This document shows positions 44,853-55,830 of a DNA stretch of 62,589 nucleotides, in pieces; within the stretch, counting starts at the first letter, position 1, and each line of letters starts with the position of its first letter. Origin of the DNA: Candidatus Hydrogenedens sp. (GTDB lineage Bacteria > Hydrogenedentota > Hydrogenedentia > Hydrogenedentales > Hydrogenedentaceae); contig DAOOVZ010000001.1 of NCBI GenBank assembly GCA_035370665.1, positions 1 through 62,589 of the forward strand, given 5' to 3'. Under the pieces are notes generated by a model, which had not been told where the DNA came from, did not search any database, and was given only the letters and a program-made list of their open reading frames with translations. The position numbers and the translations under genes were made by a program.

Positions 44853-45854
44853 ATGTATAAAAAAGGTTTTACTCTTATTGAGTTGCTGGTGGTTATCGCT
44901 ATTATCGGTATCCTTGCGGCAATTTTGTTGCCGGCACTTGCCCGTGCAAGAGAAGCAGCCCGTAGAAGCAGTTGCCAGAACAACCTCAAACAGTGGGGTC
45001 TGGTATTCAAAATGTACTCAGGTGAAGCAAAAGGAGAACGGTATCCCCCGCTTTGTATAACTGCGGAACAGCGGGTTGATTGCAATACTTATACTCCTAA
45101 TGTTGGGCAGCAATATCCTTATCCATTGGCAGGAAGTTATGGTTTAGTCGCAGCAGGGCCTAATCCAAAAGTGATTTTTCCTGAATACTTAACTGACCCA
45201 AATATTATCTTCTGTCCTTCCGACTCAAGTGAGAAAGTAGGACTTCAAGTAAATCCTGTTTCCGGAGAAGTGGATTTAAATGTTCCTTGTGATGATGCCG
45301 TTCGTGGTATGTCTATCATTGATTCCAGTTATAACTATGTAGGTTATGTGCTCGACTTATGCGATGCTAACGACAACACGCTATTGACAGATATATCAGG
45401 GCTTGCCTCACTTATAGGTGCTCCAATAACAGACCCAACTTATACATTAGGTCCAACGCAATTGGTTGATGCGATGTTAAACATACTTGGTGCATACCTT
45501 GCTGACCCTAATAATGCGGTTAAAAAAGCAGATGAGGATATAGATGTTACCCAGGGATTTGGCAATGGTAGACAGTCTAAAGTTTATAGACTCCGTGAAG
45601 GAATAGAACGATTCCTTATCACCGATATTAATAATCCCGGTGCGTCAAACATGGCACAAAGTGAAGTCTGGACTATGGCGGATACAATAGCAACAAAAGT
45701 TGAGCATTATAATCATATTCCTGGTGGCTCAAATATCTTATATATGGACGGACATGTAGAGTTTATGCGATACCAGCGTGATGGACCTGCACCTGTAAAT
45801 GGAGCAGTTGCAAATGTTATTGGTTTGATTCTTGAATCAACGAATCTAATCTAA
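44853..45854 (+). CDS. Prepilin-type N-terminal cleavage/methylation protein of the DUF1559 (H-X9-DG) family
   Basis: [44 protein letters not shown] at the N-terminus and [17 protein letters not shown] (H-X9-DG) near the C-terminus. GAGGAGG Shine-Dalgarno. Confidence 0.9.
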   Translation: MYKKGFTLIELLVVIAIIGILAAILLPALARAREAARRSSCQNNLKQWGLVFKMYSGEAKGERYPPLCITAEQRVDCNTYTPNVGQQYPYPLAGSYGLVAAGPNPKVIFPEYLTDPNIIFCPSDSSEKVGLQVNPVSGEVDLNVPCDDAVRGMSIIDSSYNYVGYVLDLCDANDNTLLTDISGLASLIGAPITDPTYTLGPTQLVDAMLNILGAYLADPNNAVKKADEDIDVTQGFGNGRQSKVYRLREGIERFLITDINNPGASNMAQSEVWTMADTIATKVEHYNHIPGGSNILYMDGHVEFMRYQRDGPAPVNGAVANVIGLILESTNLI

Positions 45855-45898
45855 TAGATTGCTTCCTTTCCTTTACTTCTTTTAAAAGCATTGTAAGT

Positions 45899-45940
45899 CC
45901 CCGGTTATGACAAAATAACCGGGGATATTTATAAGTTTTT
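45899..45940 (+). terminator. Rho-independent terminator
   Basis: CCCCGGTTAT-gacaaa-ATAACCGGGG forms a perfect 10-bp stem, followed by a T-rich tract (atatttataagttttt). Confidence 0.6.
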
Positions 45941-46024
45941 AAATAGTTTTGAATATAGTAAAGAGAAAAAATTTTTATTATTCATCAAAGCAGAGGAGAA
46001 TTAAAAATGGCACTTAAGAAGGGA

Positions 46025-47128
46025 TTACTCCGAGTTTACTTCCTGAACAGTGAAATTAATAGTTAGCGTTTTGCCTTCACGGAAAATTTTCATTTCAACA
46101 GGGTCGCCAATAAACATATCCCAATTAATGAAATCCACATCGAGCGGGTCTTCAACTGGCTGTTTGTTTATTTCAACCACAACATCGCCAGGTCGTAATC
46201 CTGCCTGATAAGCAGGACTTTCTTTTAATATTCGTGTTACAAATACACCTTTTTTTATGGGTATACCCAGTTCGCGTAGCAATCTGGGGTCTATGGAATC
46301 CAACGACTCTGCTTTGAATCCGAACCATGGGTCGCGGCGTTCTCCATATTTTATCAATTCATCAGCAACCCGTTTGGCACGATTAATAGGAATAGCAAAA
46401 CTCAATCCCTGATAGCCACCTGTCTTGGAAAAAATCATTGTATTAATACCAATCACTTCACCCTGACTGTTGACAAGAGGACCACCGCTATTGCCCGGGT
46501 TTATAGCTGCATCTGTTTGTATCAAATCCTGATATAGACGGGTATCGCTTGAAATGTTCCTGTTCACTTTCCGATGCACCGCAGACACAACACCTACACT
46601 AACCGTAGGTCGAGGGTCTTTCATTAATGAACCAAATGGATTACCAATAGCGATAACCCATTCACCAATATAAAGATTTTCAGAATCACCTAACGGAATA
46701 TATGGAAATATTTTACCAGTTGCCTTTAATACAGCAATGTCTGTTCGAGGGTCGGCTCCAACAATTTCAATATCGAGTTTTTCACCACTGGATAGGGTTA
46801 CAGATGCAATCTTACTCGCATTTTCCAATACATGATAGTTAGTCAGGATATAACCTTCAGGGCGAAATATAAATCCACTGCCAATAGAACTAATAGGCCG
46901 CTGTCTAATTGGAAAACCAAATAATTCAAAGAACGGGTCTAAATCTGTCGCTTGATATTCGAGCACATTTATTGTGACCACAGCAGGAGAAGCCTTTTCT
47001 ACAGAAGTTACAATTGCATTCCTACGGGAATCGGTTATGCTGTCCTGAGCAAATATACCTGTCTGAAAAATAATTAAAAAACTAACAATTAGTGCTACTA
47101 TAATTGATTGTTTATATTTTAGTCTCAT
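46025..47128 (-). CDS. htrA: HtrA/DegP-family periplasmic serine protease with one PDZ domain
   Basis: TNYHV, DIAVLK and GNSGGPLVN make up the catalytic triad blocks. The C-terminal PDZ region includes GLRPGDVVVEING-like LRPGDVVVEINK. Confidence 0.9.
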   Translation of the reverse strand: MRLKYKQSIIVALIVSFLIIFQTGIFAQDSITDSRRNAIVTSVEKASPAVVTINVLEYQATDLDPFFELFGFPIRQRPISSIGSGFIFRPEGYILTNYHVLENASKIASVTLSSGEKLDIEIVGADPRTDIAVLKATGKIFPYIPLGDSENLYIGEWVIAIGNPFGSLMKDPRPTVSVGVVSAVHRKVNRNISSDTRLYQDLIQTDAAINPGNSGGPLVNSQGEVIGINTMIFSKTGGYQGLSFAIPINRAKRVADELIKYGERRDPWFGFKAESLDSIDPRLLRELGIPIKKGVFVTRILKESPAYQAGLRPGDVVVEINKQPVEDPLDVDFINWDMFIGDPVEMKIFREGKTLTINFTVQEVNSE

Positions 47129-47225
47129 CTGAATGACTCCTTTTTAGGTTTATGTCAATAAGAACTATTTTACTATAATATATGTTGAAAATGCTGATTT
47201 ATTTGTAAGAGGAGAAAAGCAAGTT

Positions 47226-47429
47226 ATGATTAAAGTGACCATTAATGATGAAGAAAAAATGTATTCTGATATGACCACTATAGATGTAATGTTGAAGGAG
47301 ATGAATTTAGAAGGTAAAACTGTGGTCGTAGTTGTTAATGATGAAATTGTTGAGCATACGCAATATGCAGAAACGGTCCTGAAAGATGGAGACCGTATTG
47401 ATTTGGTTAGAATTGTAGGAGGTGGATGA
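47226..47429 (+). CDS. thiS: Sulfur carrier protein ThiS
   Basis: A 67-aa ubiquitin-like protein ending ...RIVGGG. It overlaps thiE via ATGA. Confidence 0.8.
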   Translation: MIKVTINDEEKMYSDMTTIDVMLKEMNLEGKTVVVVVNDEIVEHTQYAETVLKDGDRIDLVRIVGGG

Positions 47430-48088
47430 ACATGACACATGAAGAAAGAATGAAAAGATTTGCAGAAACGGATTTGTATGTAGTTATTACAGAGAAGATG
47501 TGTAAAGGGCGTTCTTCAGAGTTTGTGCTTGAAGAGTGCCTTAAAGCAGGGGTTAAGTTAGTTCAATTTCGTGAAAAGGAGGGAGATGACCACAAGAAGT
47601 ATAAAAAAGCGGTGCAGTTCCGTAAAATAACGAATGAGTATGGTGCTCTGCTTATAATAGATGACCGTGTAGATTTGGCATTGATGGTTAATGCTGATGG
47701 TGTTCATTTAGGACAGGGTGATTTACCAATACCAGAAACAAGAAAGTTAGCACCGAACTTAATCATTGGTGCGTCAACACATAGTTTGGAGCAGGCACTC
47801 AAAGCACAGGAGGAAGGTGCGTCGTATGTAAACATCGGACCGTTGTTTCCTACGCAAACCAAAGAGACTTCTGTTCCGCCTCTGGGCGTAGCGGCGTTAG
47901 AGAAAATAGTGCCATATCTGAAAATTCCGTTTACCTGTATGGGAGGAATTAAATCAGAGAACATTGATGAGGTTTTAAAACGAGGTGCTCGCCATATTGC
48001 CGTAGTCACAGCCGTTACTGAGGCTGAGGACATCCAAAAAGCAGTCCGACAATTGCGAGAAAAGATTATTACTTATAGAAACAGATAA
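47426..48088 (+). CDS. thiE: Thiamine-phosphate synthase
   Basis: LYVVIT, VQFREK, IIDDRVDLAL, ADGVHLGQGD, GASTHS, GPLFPTQTK. Confidence 0.9.
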   Translation: MNMTHEERMKRFAETDLYVVITEKMCKGRSSEFVLEECLKAGVKLVQFREKEGDDHKKYKKAVQFRKITNEYGALLIIDDRVDLALMVNADGVHLGQGDLPIPETRKLAPNLIIGASTHSLEQALKAQEEGASYVNIGPLFPTQTKETSVPPLGVAALEKIVPYLKIPFTCMGGIKSENIDEVLKRGARHIAVVTAVTEAEDIQKAVRQLREKIITYRNR

Positions 48089-48111
48089 ACTATTAGATTG
48101 TAGCAGTTTGT

Positions 48112-48963
48112 TTAGGGTAAAGGTTGAAGCCAGGTGCCAGAATATACTTCCGCAGCAGGACCTTCTTGATAAACATATCCATCATCAGCCCATTCAATAG
48201 TAAGAAATCCATGAACGAGATGGACTCTAACTTTACGGTCTGTTCGATTAGTAATCATAGACGCAAGAGCAGCGGCACATGAACCACTACCACTTGCCAT
48301 AGTTATTCCACTGCCCCGTTCCCAAATACGCATGACAATATTCGAGCGGTCTATAACAGACACAAATTCAACATTTGTCCGCTGTGGAAAAAGGTAATGA
48401 TTTTCAATTTTTGGACCTAATTCTGCAACAGGTGCCTCGGTTGCATCGGGAACAAAAATGACTGCATGTGGATTGCCAATGTTTACCGCAGTGATAGGCA
48501 CTGCTTCACTTCCTATATCAATCGGCTCTTCTATTACTTTACCTTCTGCACCAACCATAGGAATTTTAGACCGCTCAAAATTCGGTTTTCCCATACAAGA
48601 ACGGACTGACTGAACCTTTCCATTTTGAATGTTCAATACTACACGATTGGGACCGGCTAATGTCTCAATTACAAAATCTGTTTTGGTAGTAAATCCGTGC
48701 TCATATACATATTTAGCAAAACAGCGGATACCATTACCGCAAGTTTCTGCCTCACTACCATCAGCATTGAATATACGCATTTTAAAATCGGCGGTTTCTG
48801 ACGCTAATATGAGGATAATACCATCGGCACCGGCGCCTAAATGACGATGACTCATCTGCTGCGAAAGTTCAGACAAATTTTCAGTGTGCAGTCCACCACG
48901 AGCATCAATATACAGATAGTCATTTCCAAGCCCGTGCATTTTGGTAAAAACAAGTTGATTCAT
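48112..48963 (-). CDS. dapF: Diaminopimelate epimerase
   Basis: FTKMHGLGNDY, two catalytic Cys contexts (CGNGIRC and GSGSCA), and GNPH. Confidence 0.9.
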   Translation of the reverse strand: MNQLVFTKMHGLGNDYLYIDARGGLHTENLSELSQQMSHRHLGAGADGIILILASETADFKMRIFNADGSEAETCGNGIRCFAKYVYEHGFTTKTDFVIETLAGPNRVVLNIQNGKVQSVRSCMGKPNFERSKIPMVGAEGKVIEEPIDIGSEAVPITAVNIGNPHAVIFVPDATEAPVAELGPKIENHYLFPQRTNVEFVSVIDRSNIVMRIWERGSGITMASGSGSCAAALASMITNRTDRKVRVHLVHGFLTIEWADDGYVYQEGPAAEVYSGTWLQPLP

Positions 48964-48992
48964 ATTTTCTATGTCCTACTCTATATATAATT

Positions 48993-50006
48993 TTATACCT
49001 TTTTCCTTAACGCATGTTCAACAAATTTCATTGCCATCTGTTCATAACTAATTCCGGCACATTTAGCCTCCTGCGGATAAAGGGATGTTGGCGTTAATCC
49101 GGGGATAGTATTTATTTCTATCCAGACTGGACCGTCTTCACCAATAATGAAATCGCTACGGCTCCATGTAGAACAGCCAATCGCTTGATGTGCTCGGACT
49201 GCAAATTCCTGCACCTTTTGTGTTAAAGCAGGTTCAATAGGTGCAGGCGTAATTTCTTCTGAGGCACCGGGCGTATATTTTGCGGTATAGTCAAAAAAAG
49301 GACTCGTTTGGGGTCGTATTTCTGTGAGAGGTAAGGCATGAGGAGGGAGACCTTCTTCGCAATCCCAAACACCACAAGTTACTTCTCGACCCTGTATAAA
49401 CTCTTCAACAAGTATCTCATTATCCCACTCTAACGCATGCTCAACCCCTTCAAAAAAAACCTTTGCATTATCAGCAATAGTTATTCCGACACTGGAACCT
49501 TGTGATGCAGGTTTGATAACCACAGGAAAACCCAATTCGTTTTCCACACGCAATACGGAATCAGGTCGGTCCCATACCCAGGTATCCTGTCGAAATATGA
49601 GTTGTTTGGCAACATGTATGTTTGCTAATCTTGCTACTGCTTTGGAATGCACCTTATTCATAGCAAGGGCACATGCAGAACAGTCTGAACCTGTGTAAGG
49701 TATGCGTAGCCAGTCAAACAAACCTTGAATTCGCCCATCTTCACCAAACGCTCCGTGGAGTGCAATGAATATAACCTGTATGTCCAATCTTTTTAATTCT
49801 GCAAGGGCATCTTCAGTTTTTAATATATGTTTATCCGGAAATTCCCAATAAAAATTACGATGAATAATAATTGGAATAGGTTCATATTCCGGCGTGTTCA
49901 AGGCATGCACAACTCCTTCACCAGACAATAGCGATATTTCATGTTCCGAACTAATTCCACCCATGATTACGCCTATGCGTATTCGAGTAGAAGATGTATT
50001 ATTCAT
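48993..50006 (-). CDS. ddl: D-alanine--D-alanine ligase
   Basis: GVIMGGISSEHEISLLSG, ALHGAFGEDG.IQG, and ATP-grasp blocks ending EINTIPG.T. Confidence 0.9.
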   Translation of the reverse strand: MNNTSSTRIRIGVIMGGISSEHEISLLSGEGVVHALNTPEYEPIPIIIHRNFYWEFPDKHILKTEDALAELKRLDIQVIFIALHGAFGEDGRIQGLFDWLRIPYTGSDCSACALAMNKVHSKAVARLANIHVAKQLIFRQDTWVWDRPDSVLRVENELGFPVVIKPASQGSSVGITIADNAKVFFEGVEHALEWDNEILVEEFIQGREVTCGVWDCEEGLPPHALPLTEIRPQTSPFFDYTAKYTPGASEEITPAPIEPALTQKVQEFAVRAHQAIGCSTWSRSDFIIGEDGPVWIEINTIPGLTPTSLYPQEAKCAGISYEQMAMKFVEHALRKKV

Positions 50007-50133
50007 AAAGAAGTCCCCTAAATTTGATTATGCTAAACTGATGAGATTATATGATAAGAGAATTTTATCACTACGGAATAATAATTCTCAATGAGAATAT
50101 AAGTCATATAAGACCTATATGACTTATAAAATC

Positions 50134-51162
50134 CTATTCAGGTATAATTCGTCGGAGTTGGCCACAGGCAGCGTGAATATCCTGACCCCGCTCTTTCCGA
50201 AGTGTAGCATTAAGTCCGTTCTGTGTCAAAAACTGAAGGAATTGTTCACAGGATTCCTGTGTAGGCGATTTAAAAGGCAAGTCAGGCACAGGATTCCATG
50301 CAATAAGATTCACAGAGCATTTGAACTGTTTCGCATAATCAAATAATTCCTGAGCATGTTTCAATGAATCATTTACCCCTGCTAACAAAACATATTCAAA
50401 AGTAATCATTCGTTGTGTTTTCTGCTGATATGTATGTAGTGCCTCTGCAAGTTTATCAAGCGGATATTTTCGGTTGAGTGGGACAAGCCGTGAACGAAGG
50501 GTGTCATCCGCCGCATGAAGAGAAATACTAAGACGGACCTGCCAATTTTCATCAGCAAATTTAAGAATCCCTTTCACATCGCCCGCCGTGGACACTGTAA
50601 TTTTTCGAGCACCAATATTTATCCCTGATGGGTGCATAATTAGTTTAATACTACGGACCACCTCATCATAGTTCCAGAAAGGCTCACCCATACCCATATA
50701 AACAATATTTGGAGTCTGGTCTCCAAGTTCTACTAACGATAGTAAATGTAAAACCTGTTCCACAATTTCTCCCGCATTTAAGTTCCGTTTGAATCCTGCC
50801 TTACCGGTTGCACAGAAGGCACATTTTAACGGACAACCTACCTGCGTAGAAAGGCAAAAAGTCATACGACGGGAATGGGGAATCAATACAGATTCTATGG
50901 TCTGATTATCTCTCAAACGAAGTAGAATCTTTTTTGTCCCTGAGGTTGAACTTTCTTGGACATGCACAAGTTCTGTCTGGCAAAATACGGCTTTGTCTAC
51001 TAATTCGTTCCTCAATTCCTTTGATAAATCTGTCATTTTTTGAATATCGAATATGCGTTTTTCATGTAGCCAGCGGAATATTTGTTTGCCTCGATAAGGT
51101 TGCAGTTGGAGTTGTTCAGCAATCTCCTCCGGGAATAATCGGGTAAGTAATATCTCATCCAT
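50134..51162 (-). CDS. rlmN: 23S rRNA/tRNA adenine-C2 methyltransferase RlmN (radical SAM)
   Basis: YRGKQIFRWLH, CLSTQVGCPLKCAFCATG, MGMGEP, and the C-terminal AACGQL. Confidence 0.9.
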   Translation of the reverse strand: MDEILLTRLFPEEIAEQLQLQPYRGKQIFRWLHEKRIFDIQKMTDLSKELRNELVDKAVFCQTELVHVQESSTSGTKKILLRLRDNQTIESVLIPHSRRMTFCLSTQVGCPLKCAFCATGKAGFKRNLNAGEIVEQVLHLLSLVELGDQTPNIVYMGMGEPFWNYDEVVRSIKLIMHPSGINIGARKITVSTAGDVKGILKFADENWQVRLSISLHAADDTLRSRLVPLNRKYPLDKLAEALHTYQQKTQRMITFEYVLLAGVNDSLKHAQELFDYAKQFKCSVNLIAWNPVPDLPFKSPTQESCEQFLQFLTQNGLNATLRKERGQDIHAACGQLRRIIPE

Positions 51163-51197
51163 ATAATTAATACTCCTGTCTTTATTTTAATGAAACC

Positions 51198-52055
51198 TTA
51201 TGGGTTCTCTATATCTACGGGAACATAGCCAGAGCGAAGTAGTTTTTTTACTTGCTGTGAAAGATTACCTCTTGGTTCTTCTATGGGTATATTAATAGAA
51301 CAGCGATTAAGTTTAATCTGCATAAAGGCTTGTTCCTGGGGAAATTCGCAATGGATAATTTCAGGAAAACGAATGCCTTCAGGTGTAATTTTGTAATCTT
51401 CACGCGAACTTTTGGCAATAAGCATGCCCTCGTCAGAATATCTTTCACTCTCTACCAATACCCAGGGGATTCCCTGCACTTTTATTCGTCTGATAAGTCG
51501 CTTATGCTGCTTATCATGATAAACTTCAATCTCTGCTTCTTGATTCTCTTTATTGAACGATTTCAATACCACTCTGGATAATGGAAGTTTTTCCCATACT
51601 TCAGGGAAAAAGGCTTCTTTGAAAATATCCAATGGCGTTACTTGTGTATCGGAAGATTCAAAATATTTACCACCTTTTTGATAATAAAATTGTTTATCTG
51701 TTGGAATTTCAATAAGTGATTCATCTTTATAACATGTCAAACGCAAAACGGTGGCAGTATATTTCCTACCGATTACATAGAGATAATCTGGCAAACTGAA
51801 GGACACATCGCTCTGATGAAGTTGATAAATTGTGTCAAGTTGTGGCGTCTTCAATGTAAAAGTGCCTCTCCCTTTCAATGTCCTTATTGATTGGTCATTT
51901 TTGCTCAAATCATTCAAAATTTCTTCCAGTTGTGGCTCATTCCCTGCAAGACTTTGTCGTTCCAGAGTAGTCCCCCAGTGGGCACAAGAAGTCAGTCCCA
52001 CAAGTAAAAACAAAACGATTATTACTAATAGTAAATTTAAATATTTTTTAAACAT
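51198..52055 (-). CDS. Lipoprotein, possibly LolB/DUF4292-like
   Basis: Lipobox LVGLTSC. The function is only guessed from size and a beta-rich sequence. Confidence 0.45.
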   Translation of the reverse strand: MFKKYLNLLLVIIVLFLLVGLTSCAHWGTTLERQSLAGNEPQLEEILNDLSKNDQSIRTLKGRGTFTLKTPQLDTIYQLHQSDVSFSLPDYLYVIGRKYTATVLRLTCYKDESLIEIPTDKQFYYQKGGKYFESSDTQVTPLDIFKEAFFPEVWEKLPLSRVVLKSFNKENQEAEIEVYHDKQHKRLIRRIKVQGIPWVLVESERYSDEGMLIAKSSREDYKITPEGIRFPEIIHCEFPQEQAFMQIKLNRCSINIPIEEPRGNLSQQVKKLLRSGYVPVDIENP

Positions 52056-52211
52056 TGTTTCCCTAAAAAATTCTGTCTCTTGTAAAATAGGTGGGTTAAG
52101 TTGCTTTCATTTAATAAAATTGGTATAATAAAAACCCTTGTTAAATATATTATAACAGCAATATATTATCATTTTCGACATAAGATAAACTTAACGATAA
52201 GGGATATTACA

Positions 52212-52493
52212 ATGGCTTTTGTATGTGAATATAGTGGTAAAAAACCTATTGTAGGTAATTCAATTGTCCGTAGAGGTAAGGCGAAGAAAAAGGGTGGTAT
52301 CGGACAAAATGTAACAGGTATCACCAAACGGCGTTGGAAGCCAAATTTGCAAACGATACGCGTGATGGATGAAAATGGGCATGTTCACCGTGTCCGCGTA
52401 TGTGCACGCTACATTCGTGCTGGAAAATTTGTGAAGGCACCACGCGGTATCCAAAAATTAAATAAAGTTGAAAAAACCGAAGCAAAGCAGTAA
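52212..52493 (+). CDS. rpmB: 50S ribosomal protein L28
   Basis: MAFVCEYSGKKPIVGNS...KRRWKPNLQ matches the L28 pattern vC..tGK.p..GN...R.w.PNL. I prefer the internal ATG at 52212 over the track start at 52101. Confidence 0.8.
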   Translation: MAFVCEYSGKKPIVGNSIVRRGKAKKKGGIGQNVTGITKRRWKPNLQTIRVMDENGHVHRVRVCARYIRAGKFVKAPRGIQKLNKVEKTEAKQ

Positions 52494-52531
52494 TTAAGAT
52501 ATTGTTCTGTTAGGCGTAGTTCTTTTAGTAA

Positions 52532-52570
52532 GGGCAACTCAAAATATTTGGGTTGCCCAATTTTTATTTA
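52532..52570 (+). terminator. Rho-independent terminator after rpmB
   Basis: GGGCAAC...GTTGCCC stem followed by aatttttattt. Confidence 0.55.
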
Positions 52571-52637
52571 AAGTCTACAAAGTGTTATAACTTTTTTATT
52601 CTCTTCTCAATGTAAATCTAAAATAAAGGGCTAAATA

Positions 52638-53960
52638 ATGAATATAAGCAAAGTTCACTATTATTTTCATGAATTGATTTTTCCTACTATTTTATTTATG
52701 GTTTTAGGTGGTATGACATGGGCAGTTCGTGGCTGCTCAGGTTTTGGCGGTTCTAATGGCTGTCTATTTGCAGGGATTACCCTTGCTACTGCGTGGTGGT
52801 TCTTATCTTATGACCCGAGACAGCAATCTATACGACCTTATGCAAATGCACCTGCCATTATGGCAATGACCATTGGAATTGCCTTTGCAGGGGCTCGTGG
52901 CTGGATGCAATGGCCTGCTTTCTTCGAGGGAAGACTATGCCTCAATTACTCTGCAAACGAGTATGTTCCTATTCCAAGATATTACGGATTTATATGGCAA
53001 TTTATTTCTGGAATACCCTGGGCAGGGTTAGGTGCTTGTTTCCTTGCATGGTTCAATTGCGAGAGGAAAGTGACAAAACAAGATTGGATTATAAGGATTG
53101 TGTGTCTTGTCGGTGGGAGTGTCCTCGCAGTAGTATTGTTTAACACTTTGCCTAATGTATTTCTTCCTCTTTATGGTTCATTAAAAGAACGATACATGGA
53201 CCTTGAAAATAATCCAAATTTGAGACGGCTTATCGGGGACAATCATTCCGCTATGATGCACTTAGGCTTGTATCTGGGTGTGCTTGTTGCGGAGATTATT
53301 CGCAGAGACAAACGGAATGTAGTCCTTATTTTGACGGTAGGATTAATAAATGGTATAGGCTGGTCTCTCCTACAAAACTGGAAGTGGGCATACAATATCT
53401 GGCAGGGGTATAACTTTAACTGGTGGCGTTGCTGGGAAACTACCGGTGGAGTGAGCCTCGGTCTGGCTTATGGAATTGCATACTTCCTTACCAATCAACC
53501 ATTGAAAACCAAAGAATCAATAGTGATACATAAACCTAAAACAGAACGAATGACTCTATTCCTAACCGTATTTTTAGGCATTGCACTATCATTAAGAAAT
53601 GGCATAAAGGGTTGGGCGAACATCTATCTAGGAAATGAAGAATATTGGAGCAGGGTGCTGTGGTTTATTTTTATTCCAATTATCATTGTTGGAATCTACC
53701 TTATTGTCTCGTATGTGAACCGTAATTCAGATGAATCGCATTTTGCGAGCAATCCTATCCCGAAATATGCAGTTATTATCTGGACAGTATTATTAATTCA
53801 AAACTTCATTGCACAAATAATAACGGGACCCTGGTCAAACTGGATTGAGTTCTCATTTTCTCTTTATTATCTCTTCCTTTTCATAATTTCCGTTGCAATT
53901 GTATACCATTACCATTTCTTAAAACTGTTGGGTATTACAACTTTTACAGATAGCAAGTAA
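52638..53960 (+). CDS. Polytopic membrane protein, unknown function
   Basis: About 10-12 hydrophobic, Trp-rich segments. No recognised motif. Confidence 0.5.
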   Translation: MNISKVHYYFHELIFPTILFMVLGGMTWAVRGCSGFGGSNGCLFAGITLATAWWFLSYDPRQQSIRPYANAPAIMAMTIGIAFAGARGWMQWPAFFEGRLCLNYSANEYVPIPRYYGFIWQFISGIPWAGLGACFLAWFNCERKVTKQDWIIRIVCLVGGSVLAVVLFNTLPNVFLPLYGSLKERYMDLENNPNLRRLIGDNHSAMMHLGLYLGVLVAEIIRRDKRNVVLILTVGLINGIGWSLLQNWKWAYNIWQGYNFNWWRCWETTGGVSLGLAYGIAYFLTNQPLKTKESIVIHKPKTERMTLFLTVFLGIALSLRNGIKGWANIYLGNEEYWSRVLWFIFIPIIIVGIYLIVSYVNRNSDESHFASNPIPKYAVIIWTVLLIQNFIAQIITGPWSNWIEFSFSLYYLFLFIISVAIVYHYHFLKLLGITTFTDSK

Positions 53961-54198
53961 TTTTTTACTTTTAAAATTTATATCTGTATATTACCTATAT
54001 ATTTTCTCAAGCGTAGTCATTTCAATTTAATACACAAGATTACAAACGGCTATTATATATTTTAAACTTCTAAATGAATAGAATGATAATGCTCTCTTGA
54101 TTTGATAGATACAAATGTGAAACGATATTAGAGTTTCGGCAATGTATTATTTGAAGTTGTAAATTTTATTCTACTTTGAAAAAAGGGATAGAGCCATA

Positions 54199-55734
54199 AT
54201 GTTAGCACAGGTTCAGTCTGCACATATTTTAGGGATAGAGGCTTTCCCATTGGCAGTTGAGGTAGATATTACTACCATAGGAGAGACTAAGACTGAGGTG
54301 GTAGGTCTGGCAGATACAGCGGTAAAGGAAAGTCGTGAGCGTGTAGCGTCGGCAATACGCAATTCTGGGTTTCGTTTTCCACGCGGTCATGTTGTGGTTA
54401 ATCTGGCACCAGCAGATATTCGCAAAGAGGGTAGTTATTTAGATTTACCTATTGCATTGGGATTTATTTTAGCAGGGGAACAGGGTAATCCGATTGTTGA
54501 TTTGGATAAGGTATTAATTGTTGGTGAATTGGCTCTGGACGGTTCACTGCGGCATGTTCCTGGAACACTGGCAATGTCAATTCTTGCACACAAAAAAGGG
54601 TTCAATTCTATACTCGTGCCAGAAGTAAATGCAGAGGAGGCGGGGGTAGTCCATGATATTGCTGTTATACCTATAAAGAATTTGAATGATGCGTTTAATT
54701 ATCTCCATAACCCGAACGCTTATAAACCATATCGAACCAATTTTCAGGAATTGTTTCAGAATGATGGGCATACTGATTTGGATTTTGAAGATGTAAAAGG
54801 GCAGTCACATGTGAAGCGTGCTCTGACCATTGCATCAGCAGGAGGACATAATGTTCTAATGATAGGTCCACCGGGCACAGGAAAGACAATGCTAGCTTCG
54901 CGCATACCCGGTATCCTGCCTGAACTAACATTCGAGGAGTCCCTTGAAACTACCCAAGTATATAGCGTCGTTTCATGGAAAGGTCAGAACCAATCTCTCA
55001 TAGTTAAAAGACCTTTCCGTTCTCCACATCATACCATATCCACGGTTGCAATGGTCGGTGGTGGAGCAAATTTTCAGCCCGGTGAGATTAGCATGGCACA
55101 TAACGGTGTTTTGTTCTTGGATGAATTGCCCGAATTTAATCGTGCTACCTTGGAGGTCCTACGCCAGCCGTTGGAGGAAGGTTTTGTTCATATACGCCGT
55201 GCTCACTATGCCGTAACCCTGCCCAGTCGGTTCATGTTGATTGCAGCAATGAATCCTTGTCCATGTGGCTGCCGAACTGACCCAAAGCGTGTCTGCCGTT
55301 GTTCTATTGGCGATGTTCAACGGTATATCAATCGGCTCTCAGGACCATTACTGGATAGAATTGACATGCACATTGAAGTCCCAGCACTGCCATTTCACGA
55401 GTTGGCTCAGAAGCAACCTTCCGGCCCCAGTAGTGCTACCATTCGCAGTCAAGTGCAAGAAGCGAGAAATCGGCAAAAAGGCAGATATGGCAATACAACC
55501 ATCTTGAATGCATATCTGGATACAAAACAACTCAGACGATATTGTAAAATTTCTGATACAGCCCAGCAATTACTTCTTCACGCGATTGAACACCTCGGAT
55601 TGAGTGCTCGCGCGTATGACAAAATCCTGCGTATGGCACGAACTATCGCTGACCTTGAAAATTCTGAATCTATCCTCGAAACACACATTGCTGAAGCAGT
55701 TCAATATCGTTCCCTTGACTTAAAAGCAATTTAA
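54199..55734 (+). CDS. comM: YifB/ComM Mg-chelatase-like AAA+ ATPase
   Basis: Lon-like N-terminal domain, DF.DVKGQ, Walker A GPPGTGKT, LFLDELPEF, and the C-terminal SARAYDKILR.ARTIADL. Confidence 0.9.
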   Translation: MLAQVQSAHILGIEAFPLAVEVDITTIGETKTEVVGLADTAVKESRERVASAIRNSGFRFPRGHVVVNLAPADIRKEGSYLDLPIALGFILAGEQGNPIVDLDKVLIVGELALDGSLRHVPGTLAMSILAHKKGFNSILVPEVNAEEAGVVHDIAVIPIKNLNDAFNYLHNPNAYKPYRTNFQELFQNDGHTDLDFEDVKGQSHVKRALTIASAGGHNVLMIGPPGTGKTMLASRIPGILPELTFEESLETTQVYSVVSWKGQNQSLIVKRPFRSPHHTISTVAMVGGGANFQPGEISMAHNGVLFLDELPEFNRATLEVLRQPLEEGFVHIRRAHYAVTLPSRFMLIAAMNPCPCGCRTDPKRVCRCSIGDVQRYINRLSGPLLDRIDMHIEVPALPFHELAQKQPSGPSSATIRSQVQEARNRQKGRYGNTTILNAYLDTKQLRRYCKISDTAQQLLLHAIEHLGLSARAYDKILRMARTIADLENSESILETHIAEAVQYRSLDLKAI

Positions 55735-55830
55735 TATAGAAATTAAAAGTATCGGCAAATATAATTTCCTAAACTGTATTTATTAGAATATAATCTTCTT
55801 TATAAAAAACAATTTTGAAAAAATTAAGGT

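Noticed and set aside
47129-47225. Possible TPP riboswitch upstream of thiS-thiE
   Set aside because: I looked for the conserved CUGAGA and ACCUGAUCUGGAUAAUGCCAGCG-type cores and found neither. The spacer is only about 95 nt and holds a plain promoter-like sequence.
52101-52211. N-terminal extension of the L28 ORF as given in the track
   Set aside because: L28 homology starts at MAFVCEYSGKKP (ATG 52212). The extension is an AT-rich leader and would add 37 non-homologous residues.
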